Source: Macrostomum hystrix
Lineage: Eukaryota; Animalia; Platyhelminthes
Reading direction: 5' to 3'
Length of the DNA stretch: 64,000 nucleotides
Assembly: GCA_950097015.1 (NCBI GenBank)
Contig: CATNEN010000038.1
Span: 29,140,001-29,204,000, forward strand
Shown here: piece by piece, positions 12,951-22,352 of the stretch
How positions within the stretch are numbered: position 1 is the first letter of the stretch
How the letters are laid out: each line of letters starts with the position of its first letter
The notes under the pieces: model-generated
What the model saw: only the letters and a program-made list of their open reading frames with translations
What the model was told of the DNA's origin: nothing
The model's database searches: none
Translations under genes and position numbers: made by a program

Positions 12951-13759
12951 TTAACAGTACAAATAAAACGGGGGTATTTCAAATACCCGCATTTTCATTT
13001 TTTCTGTATCTCCCAAAATACTCGGCTAATCGCCATAAAAATCCAAAACACAAGGTACAATTTTCCGCTCAATCCGATGAAAAAACATACATAATCGCTA
13101 AATATCGGCATCGTCGAGATATTCAACGATTCTCGCCGGAGTGTCTGGTTGGCAAAAACCACTAATATAGGCTTCTTTTCTGCTCACAAAATTGCATTAT
13201 ATAGCCATGACAGCTATCATTGTTGACTATTTTTGATTGATCAAATTGTTGTGATGAGAGGTGCAGGCCAGTGTTTGGCGAGGGGTTGAGGTTTCGTGCG
13301 TGGTTTTTCTTACCCCTTGTCCGTCCGCCCCACTCCGCGACTGGCATTGTTATAAGAGTTTTCTGTGTGTGCGTATGAGTTTTTGTGAGTTTTTTTTTGG
13401 TTTGAGTATTTTTCATTTGTCCGGCTCGCCCAGCTGAGAAAAATATATTGTGGCCCATACGGAAGCCAGAGATTAAGAAAGAGAGATCAAAGACCTTTTT
13501 AAAACTCTTGTCTTTCTCGCTGAAGAGAACACAAATTGTTAATTTTTTCATTTTTGTACCAATATAGATTCGCCATAAAAGTAGATACAGAGCAATGTTA
13601 CGGCTTTGAAAGTTGTAAAGATGGAAAATTTTGATTCAGATGACGTGGACTTTCGCGAAAATTGGTCATTCGGTTTGACCATTTGGGTACTCTTGTAAAG
13701 TAGGCAGTGGGTATTTGGAATACCCCCGAGGGGAAAAAGCATTATCTTTCTTCTGTTAA
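12951..13759. mobile_element. Putative non-autonomous DNA transposon bounded by TTAA (piggyBac-like MITE)
   Basis: Left end ATTC-TTAACAG then CGGGGGTATTTCAAATACCC. Right end GGGTATTTGGAATACCCCCG then CTG-TTAA-GAAT. Terminal and subterminal inverted repeats, no coding capacity. Confidence 0.5.
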
Positions 13760-15511
13760 GAATTGAGCAAACATACGCAAGCGAAAGGCGACTGAAACTT
13801 CTAGGAGAGAAAGATCACAAAGCGGAAAAGGGAACAAGTACAGCGACAACCTCACAGCTCACAGCTCGGTCTGCATATTATAGTTCTTTAATTATATAGT
13901 TCTATAATCTTTATAAACTAAATTAAAAACTATAATATTTAATTAAAGTTCTTTCCGCGTGGATAAAATAATCCACTGCGCAGGTTAATATATACGTAAA
14001 CCTAAAAAATGTGACCAGGCTGATATTAGTTGTCACCTTCATTTTAAAGAAAGACGAAGTCGAAACTAGGAATTTTGCTGCTAAGTAGATTTGTATTACC
14101 GATTTGTTTTATTGATTAAATTTGAAGTCATCATATCAAAAATGATTTTAGAATCAAATAAAACCCGAATTGAAAAAATTGGTAGCTGAAAGCTACGTAT
14201 GGGATGTTACAACGACCGTCTAAGCTAATGCTAGTAGCCATTTAACAGCTGGGTGAACTAAAGCAATCCTGTTTTAGGTGACTCGGAAAAGGACAAAAAT
14301 TCTCATATTATTTCAGTGGACTTAGATACCTAACCCCTGACCTTCAAGTTGTGATTCTGATTTTCCAACCACTACTCTATGCACATATAAATAAAAACTC
14401 TAAGTTTATTTTTGTCACAAAATGTTTAAAGTTTATAAAATAGTTAAAAATCTAAAATGTAGAAGGGTCAAAACTTCGATTTTACAAAACGTATAAATAT
14501 GTCATATTAAATTTAACAAATTCCCAAATTTGCCCAACATATAAAAACAATTTTTTTTATAAAATAAAGTATGTAAAACACAATGTAATCAAAACTAGTA
14601 AAAATTTTTCTAAATCAATAAATTTTTCTTAGTCAATAAAAACTACTTAAGTGTCAGTCTCGAGCTCAGTTACAAGTGCTAAAGCATACAGCTTATTGTG
14701 ATCAAATGTATATAGGGATAAGTGTTCCAAAGTGATAGTTCTTTTCCCTGTTCGAGATTGAGGCTGTGATCCTCTAGGCGAGGGGAGCCATGAAGACAGT
14801 GAGTGTGATACTGGTAAAAAGCCTTAGAGAGGAGACCGCTTATACCTATATGAGACATTTTATCATTTTTAACATTCATTATAGCCTATCAAACTTTCTT
14901 ATATAGTAGTTCATATTTAGCTAAATGAAATTTCATCACACAACTTTTTAAGAGCAGTTACAGCAGGGAGACAACTTTTTATTTAAAAAGTTAGGAAGGC
15001 TCACAGTATATAGTTTATGCCTATTTATAGTTCTAAAATATTTTTCTCTGAAAAATATTCTTAGAGCTGCTCATAGTTCTATCCAGTCTGGTATTTCTTG
15101 TAAAATGTGTAACTGGAGTATTATAGAAAAATGTCAAATATAGCTTTTTAGTTTGGCTCACATTTTGCCTCGTATAAAAATTAGCAATTTTTTTCATGTA
15201 AAGAGCCATAGGTTGCACAATTACATGCTTGTCTAGCTTGAAATTTCAGTTAAAATAAAAAGTTAAATGGTTGACCCTACGACGGTATTTAAAAATCAAA
15301 TAAAGTATTCTGCTTTGAATTTTCATTCGTTTATTCACTGTATATTATATTGTATATATTTTAATTCTCACAGGCTTAACATAATTAAGTGTAAATTTTT
15401 TTTGTCTTTTTTTTACTGAGAATTATGTACGTTCTAGCAAAAATTCATCGAAGTAACTTTTTTGGTTTGTTAAAGTGAAAAGTTCACGATAATTAATTAC
15501 CGTATGCTTTA

Positions 15512-16066
15512 CGCAAAAATTTTACTTTTATTTCTTATTACGCACCGTCATGCCATTTTTAAGGACCACAAGAAGAAAGAGGACGGGACACTTGGACACT
15601 TAGTTTCGGAAAAACTTATTAAACGCAGATTTTCACGGAAAAATGTACTAGCGAGATAGGAACTTTGCACGTTTTATACATTAAAATGTTGACAACAATT
15701 CTAATATCAATTTTTACTCAGTTAAAATTAAACTAGAATTGAAATTTTTCATGCATGAAGCTTTTTAATAGTCTTTGAACCAAACATTTTCGTAAGTTTT
15801 TTGAAGAACAGCTTTGAATCTGCTCCAATAAAAATTTATCAACATTTCAATCAGGGACTACTAAAACACTAAAACACTATGAGTGTTCTAGTAGTCCCTG
15901 ATTTCAATCGGAACAATTTGAAATTTTTCTCTCCCGCTAGTGCATTTTTTCTGTGAAAGTCTCCCTTTAATAAATTTTTCAAGAAAGGAAGTGTCCTGTC
16001 CTTTTTCTGGTGATCCTTAAAAGTTGCATGACAGAGCGTAATGAGAAATAACTGTAAAAACTTTGC
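15512..16066. mobile_element. MITE with about 80-bp imperfect inverted repeats
   Basis: About 15512-15593 (GCAAAAATTTTAC..ATTTCTTATTACGCACCGTCATGCCATTTTTAAGGACCAC..AGGACGGGACACTT) matches the reverse complement of about 15989-16066. Exact termini are uncertain. Confidence 0.65.
15852..15900. mobile_element. 49-bp hAT-like mini element with 8-bp target-site duplication
   Basis: TIRs CAGGGACTACTAAAACACT and AGTGTTCTAGTAGTCCCTG (19 bp, 1 mismatch), flanked by ATTTCAAT at 15844-15851 and 15901-15908. Confidence 0.8.
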
Positions 16067-16083
16067 AATTCTCAGGAAAAAAT

Positions 16084-16210
16084 CGGTCCCTGAACTCGAT
16101 TCAGCCGCGTGGCCTTATTCATATTTGAGCTCGCCCCCGCAGAGAAAAGGTTTGTGGGCACTTGTCATGAGGGGCATCCGTGAGTACAGTGAGTGAAGGC
16201 ACAGTAAGTT
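16084..16210 (+). mobile_element. Degenerate SINE 5' fragment
   Basis: CGGTCCCTGAACTCGATTC..GGCC..GCAGAGAAAAGGTTTG..CTTGTC resembles the family head and body. Confidence 0.5.
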
Positions 16211-16441
16211 TTCTGGCAAGGGATTGTGGTATCGAATGACGCCTAGGCCAGGTGTCATTCTGTATACAATACTGTATACTGTATACAATATTCTCACAAG
16301 AGGTCGTGGCAGACATACTTTAAGTACTCCGGGGGCCGTCAAAGTTAAATAAACTTCTCTACGACAGAAAACACTGACACAAATACAACAGGCTGACTTA
16401 CTTGGTTGCATTTACTCGTATTTTGGAAATTGCCTTTCACC

Positions 16442-16700
16442 TTTAATAATAATTATAATAATAGTTGCAGGAGGGCTGCGGGCATTGGCACATCATTTGG
16501 TGACACTAGACCCGCAGCCAGCGAGGAGGCAATTCTGCCCATTTTGCTGACTCCTGAGCACACACGCACAGATACCGTGCGCACGCACACGCTCACACAG
16601 GTGTGTACATCTGCCCTGACTTTCTCATCGTCAGGCAGTGTATATTTCACTGTGCCTTGGAGGTTGGCCCTCAAGGGTCCTAAGGGAGGTTGGCCCTAAA
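16442..16700 (-). mobile_element. tRNA-derived SINE, 3' two-thirds with degenerate (TTA)n tail
   Basis: Reverse complement of the body and tail of the copy at 29051-29421. Confidence 0.85.
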
Positions 16701-17814
16701 GCCTTTCACCTTTAGGTATGAGATATTTTTTCGTATTGATGCGCATTTAATACTACTTTAGGTAGGCTATACAAAGGAATTAACTATATTATGGTAAAAT
16801 AAGGTGCAAAACATTAATCTATGTCCAACTTCCCTGATTTTAAGATTTCATATTATACGAGCCGTAAGAAATAGTTCTTTTTTTTCATTTTTAGCCAGTG
16901 TAAAAGAGAATCAAATCAAATTAAAGCAATTCCTAAATGCATAATACTCGTGTAAATAGCAATCAATTATTCCTCCAGATTAATAATTTGTCCGCATTTG
17001 ACACGCGGGCAAACAGAATCAAACGAAAAGGAAACATTTAAACAAAGCGTTTTAAATCTAAAAATCCCTTTGTTTTATGTTATAATTGTACAGGAAGAAA
17101 TCTGTCAGGGGGAAATTCCTGAGCATATAAGAGTGAGTACTCAACGGAGCAGTTGCCAGATTATGAACAACGGAGCCAAGGAGGGGAGCAGAGGTAAGGA
17201 GGACAGGAAAGGTGTGTGGAGGATATTTAGTAGACAGAAGTGGACGCATTGTGTAGGCACAACTTTCACTAAAATGGCCTGCATAGTCAATATGGCCTTC
17301 ATGCTTATGTGTATATAATACTATATATATTATATATATATATATAATGGGGACTTGAGTGTGGGGGGCTGGCAGTCGATTGACAATTTTTTTATAACTC
17401 GTTCTTACCTCTCTCTTATAGCCAACCGTTTCACCTTTTTGGTCCAGCTTTTAATAGCTTTGCCGGCCACTTCAGGAGTTTCTGCAGCAAATTCTTGCAG
17501 TGGTCCAATTATAGGCGAACTTCTTAGCCGATCAACTAAAAAAACTTCTAGCTAAAATACAATACTGAATCAATGAACTGAATTGCCATACACTCGTCTA
17601 CTTGTCCATCGTCTTTGATTAGAGAGTAAAATTGCTCAACAGCTGCGAATCAAATCCTCGACTGAAGTCAAAACGCGCTTCTGTGAGTTTCTCTTTCTGA
17701 CCATTTCTGAACGCAATCTAATGAGTTTTTTCATTGCCGTCCCAGAAAGTCCACAGTATTTGGGATGTCCAAGAACATTTGAAACCATTTTAATAATTAT
17801 TGATATATTATCAA

Positions 17815-18495
17815 AAGAAGACAGACCTTCAGTAGATTTACCTCAGGCAGAGAACAGACCTTCAGTAGTCTCACTTCAAGTACAGAACAGACCTTCAGTA
17901 GATTCACCTCAGGCAGAGAACTGACCTTCAGTAGATTCACCTCAGGCAGAGAACAGACCTTCAGTAGATTCACCTCAGGCAGAGAACCGACCTTCAGTAG
18001 ATTCACCTCAGGCAGAGAACCGACCTTCAGTAGATTCACCTCAGGCAGAGAACCGACCTTCAGTAGATTCACCTCAGGCAGAGAACAGACCTTCAGTAGA
18101 TTCACCTCAGGCAGAGAACAGACCTTCAGTAGATTCACCTCAGGCAGAGAACAGACCTTCATTAGATTCACCTCAGGCAAAGAACAGACCTTCATTAGAT
18201 TCACCTCAGGCAGAGAACAGACCTTCAGTAGTCTCACTTCAAGTACAGAACAGACCTTCAGTAGATTCACCTCAGGCAGAGAACAGACCTTCATTAGACT
18301 CACCTCAAGTAGAGAACAGACCTTCATTAGATTCACCTCAGGCAGAGAACAGACCTTCAGTAGATTCACCTCAGGCAGAGAATAGACCTTCAGTAGATTC
18401 ACCTCAGGCAGAGAACAGACCTTCAGTAGATTCACCTCAGGCAGAGAACAGACCTTCAGTAGATTCACCTCAGGCAGAGAACAGACCTTCAGTAG
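17815..18495. repeat. 33-bp minisatellite (ACCTTCAGTAGATTCACCTCAGGCAGAGAACAG), left of the LINE
   Basis: About 20 tandem units, giving the 11-aa periodicity in the ORF track. Confidence 0.95.
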
Positions 18496-20254
18496 TAATA
18501 ATAATAATAATAATAGTTACACTCCACGCCGACCACAGAAGTGGCCAAGAGGGGGGAGCGTCAAAACGCGCGTTTCAGTGCCAGGTCTCTGACGTGCTTC
18601 ACGCCTGCCGCCTGGCTGGGTGCTCGGGCGTCTTCAAAAAGGCGGTCAATATAGCGGGCTGTACGTCCCTGGCCGCGCCTGCGCGGTCCCTGCGAGGTCC
18701 ACAGCAGGACATCCTGCAGCGGCTCTGGGCAGTAGGTTTCCGCGCGGATGACATGCCCGGCCAGCCGCAGTCGCCGCTGACTCAGCAGGACAGAAGGCCG
18801 CGTTAGGCGCGCACGCTGGTACAGGGACTCGGTTGTCTCGCTGCCAGGGCCGCGGCGGGCGCCGAAAGCGGCGCGAACTAGGGCCGCATGCGCCGCGTCG
18901 AGCTGCGCCTCGAGCGCCCCGGTCATCGTCCAGGTCTCAGCATTGTACAAGAGGGCGGTCTCGACAACCGCCTGGAAAAGCTGGGACCTGGCGCCGTTCG
19001 ACAGGGCCTCGGAGAGTAGCACCGCCCGCACAGAACGGTAGGCGGCCCAGGCCTTGCCGCGTCGTCTCGCCAGGTCGTCGCCCACGTCAGGCACCAGTCC
19101 GCCAAGGTAGACGAACTGACGGCACTTCGGGAGCACGGTCCCGGGGCCGTCACCGTCTCTTAGTCGAATCTCGGCAGGTAGGTTTTGCGGCACCGTCAGC
19201 ACCTCGGTCTTCATGGCGTTGATAGCGAGGCCGACCCTCGCCGCCGCCGCAGTCAGGCCATCCAGCAGCCGTTGGGCGCCTTCGGCCGTCGTAGACAGCA
19301 GGGCAAGGTCGTCCGCGTAGCCGAGGACAGACAACTTCTTCTCCGGGTGCCGTCGACTAGTGCGTCTTTGAAGCAGAAAACCGTCCTCTGCAGTCGGCAG
19401 GCCGGTCCTGAGCACCCAGTCCATCACCAGCACGAAAAGAAAAGGCGCCAGGGTGTCACCCTGCAGCACTCCGGAGGTAGTGCTGAACAGGTCCGACGGT
19501 CCGTCTGGCGTCGCTACCACAGCGGTGGTGTCCTGATACAGTGCCATGATGGCGGAGATCAGCTGCTGCGGTATGTTGTAGGCACGGAGCACGTGAGGCA
19601 GCGCGCCGCGGGCCACCGAGTCGAAAGCTTTGAGAAAGTCAACAAAGATGACGACAAGGCTTGACTGGTGGATGCGCGCCTCCTCGATGATGCGACGGAG
19701 GGCCAGGATCTGAGTCACCGTGCCGCGACGGGGCCGGAACCCATTCTGCTCGTACCGCAGAAACGAGTCCAGCACAGGCTGTAACCGTGCTAACAGCACC
19801 CGGTTGAACAGCTTCGCGGCACAGGACATGAGCGAGATCCCGCGATGCTCCTCCTTCTTTGTAGTGCCCGGCTTCTTCGGGATGCCGACGATGGTGGCCT
19901 GGGTCCACTCGCGGGGCGCAGGGCCTCCCGCCAGGACGCCGTTCATCACGCGGGCCACCTCGGTGGCAACCCTTGTGACTCGCAGTGCCTCTACGGGGAC
20001 CTCATCCGGACCGGGGGCGCGGCCTCCCGGTGCCCTGCGGGCGAATTCCACGATGTCGGTGCTGGTCACTGGACTGGTGTCGAAGTCCTCCTGCCGCGGT
20101 AGCGCCACCTCGGGGGGCAGCGGCATCTCGTTCGGCAGAGTCGGCGGCGGCGCGTTGACAATGGCGGCGAAGAAGGTGCGCAGCTCGTTTCTGCGCTCCT
20201 CGGCAGTATCGCCAGCCAGGTTGAGCGCCGCTTTCGTTTTGCGACCGGTGAGGG
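18496..20254 (-). mobile_element. 5'-truncated non-LTR retrotransposon, probably RTE clade
   Basis: GC-rich block with an uninterrupted RT ORF, a short 3' UTR containing a hairpin (GGCCAC-TTCT-GTGGTC) and a (TTA)n tail at 18496-18514. No endonuclease domain and no C-terminal zinc knuckle. Confidence 0.9.
18561..20126 (-). CDS. Reverse transcriptase of the LINE (N-terminally truncated; frame stays open to about 20254)
   Basis: Motifs RAPGPDEVP, HRGISLMS, EQNGFRPRRGT, FVDFLKAFDSV, GVLQGDTLAPFLF, YADD, GLAINAMKT, FVYLG, LLYNAETWT, RRLRLAGHV. Confidence 0.93.
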   Translation of the reverse strand: MPLPPEVALPRQEDFDTSPVTSTDIVEFARRAPGGRAPGPDEVPVEALRVTRVATEVARVMNGVLAGGPAPREWTQATIVGIPKKPGTTKKEEHRGISLMSCAAKLFNRVLLARLQPVLDSFLRYEQNGFRPRRGTVTQILALRRIIEEARIHQSSLVVIFVDFLKAFDSVARGALPHVLRAYNIPQQLISAIMALYQDTTAVVATPDGPSDLFSTTSGVLQGDTLAPFLFVLVMDWVLRTGLPTAEDGFLLQRRTSRRHPEKKLSVLGYADDLALLSTTAEGAQRLLDGLTAAAARVGLAINAMKTEVLTVPQNLPAEIRLRDGDGPGTVLPKCRQFVYLGGLVPDVGDDLARRRGKAWAAYRSVRAVLLSEALSNGARSQLFQAVVETALLYNAETWTMTGALEAQLDAAHAALVRAAFGARRGPGSETTESLYQRARLTRPSVLLSQRRLRLAGHVIRAETYCPEPLQDVLLWTSQGPRRRGQGRTARYIDRLFEDARAPSQAAGVKHVRDLALKRAF

Positions 20255-20890
20255 CTTCAGTAGATTCACCTTCAGTAGATTCACCTTCACCTTCAGTAGA
20301 TTCACCTCAGGCAGAGAACAGACCTTCATTAGATTCACCTCAGGCAAAGAACAGACCTTCATTAGATTCACCTCAGGCAGAGAACAGACCTTCAGTAGTC
20401 TCACTTCAAGTACAGAACAGACCTTCAGTAGATTCACCTCAGGCAGAGAACAGACCTTCATTAGACTCACCTCAAGTAGAGAACAGACCTTCATTAGATT
20501 CACCTCAGGCAGAGAACAGACCTTCAGTAGATTCACCTCAGGCAGAGAATAGACCTTCAGTAGATTCACCTCAGGCAGAGAACAGACCTTCAGTAGATTC
20601 ACCTCAGGCAGAGAACAGACCTTCAGTAGATTCACCTCAGGCAGAGAACAGACCTTCAGTAGATTCACCTCAGGCAGAGAACAGACCTTCAGTAGATTCA
20701 CATCAGGCAGAGAACAGACCTTCAGTAGATTCACCTCAGGCAGAGAACAGACCTTCAGTAGATTCACATCAGGTTGAGAACAGACCTTCAGTAGATTCAC
20801 CTCAAGTAGAGAACAGACCTTCAGTAGATTCACCTCAGGCAGAGAACAGACCTTTAGTAGATTCACCTCAGGCAGAGAACAGACCTTCAG
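20255..20890. repeat. 33-bp minisatellite, right of the LINE
   Basis: Same unit as 17815-18495, preceded by short partial units at the junction. Confidence 0.95.
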
Positions 20891-22352
20891 TATATTAAAT
20901 TTTCAGGTAGAGAACATACCTAGCTTATAATTCTATTAAATTAATCCTTGCATTCAGGACAACATAAAATTTTTATTAAAAACGAAGAAAATTCATAGAT
21001 TTACTCTATAGCAGGCCATTACTACACAAAAACCTGAAGTGTCTATTGAACGCTGCAGTAACAAGAGGTCTCAAGCTGGTTGAGATTGACAGCTTGAATT
21101 GAGCACTATGAATGTACAGTGACTAAGCAGACTGGTTTCGTGAAATACGGTTAGCTTATCAATCATTTATTCTTTGCTGAATTAGCGTTGCATGGGTGAT
21201 TGGATTGTGAAGAATAAAAGTGTCGTATTTGCTTTGTAACATATGCTTTGTACATGTATATTGTATAGCTTGTAGTCTTCTAAATATACTTTTAGCGACG
21301 TAATATGGTGTCTACGAGTCTACGTAATAGTCTCGTATTATTCATACGAGCGTAGATTAGCACATTTCTTACTACCGTCTGTAAACTGGACTAAAACGAT
21401 TTACCTCGAGTGTTGTTACTGGAGTACAGTAACTTACTTTCGTCTCCTTAATCTCATTTTCGTTAACACCTTTTGTGGTTTATGCTCAATCTCTTTAGAA
21501 TCAAACTGAGAACTTATTAACCATTCTGTCAATCAATTAGGACGTCATTGGATCAGGATTGACCATTTAGCCATTTTGCACTGTTCAATAGTAAAATGAA
21601 TGAGAACTCAGAGCTTTGAGTAGTGGGACTGATTTTTTTAGCTCACAAGCAAGTTGTGAGCTCGTGTCTGAATGGCTGGATGCCGGCCTCGCTAAACACG
21701 GGCATGGGATAAAAATGGCCATAGAAAAGTTGCTTTGGACAGTTTCCAGTTCTCCCCACCACCCACCCCCCTGTCAGCTCGCATTATTGGCTGCATGCTC
21801 TCCCTTTGTGCTTAGCCAGCCCAACCAATTGCTTGGCTCCTGTCTCTCCTCTCCTGTTGTCTCTCTCTCCCAAGCACGCAACCCCCACCCTACCCTGTTC
21901 AAAACTCCTCAAGCCCCTAAAAAAGGCATGACACTTCATCCTACCGTGCTAACGAAGCGCGTTAACTAGAGAGCTCACTCAGCGGATCTGTGGGCGTATT
22001 TTGTGTCATAAGGTGCGCGTGCCGCTGAAGCTGAAAAAAACCGTCCGATTTGATAACCAACGCCTGCAGTCTAGACTCTATAGCACCGAAAACTTCACCA
22101 ATGTAGGATTCGCTCTCGTCAGTCCTAGCATGTCCTTCTGGCCAGCTGTTTAACGAGTCTCGGCCAACGCAATCAATGCTGCTTTGATTGTTAATTCATT
22201 AAAGAAATCGATTAAGCTTGTCTAGCCTTTTTTTTATTTGTCGATTCATTAAGTCAGCGCAGTCTCAACTTTTGGTTATTAGTGTGTGTTGTTGCATCCT
22301 TGCCGAGTAGAAAAAAAAGTAGACTTGGAAATAAAGGTGAAAAGAAATAGCG

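Noticed and set aside
17815-20890. 33-bp repeats next to a reverse transcriptase, resembling a CRISPR or RT-associated array
   Set aside because: The units are head-to-tail with no unique spacers, there are no cas genes, and the RT is an ordinary LINE that interrupts the array.
19720-20898. 392-aa + strand ORF fusing LINE antisense sequence to the satellite
   Set aside because: A by-product of GC-rich antisense sequence and a stop-free 33-bp repeat, with no recognisable domain.
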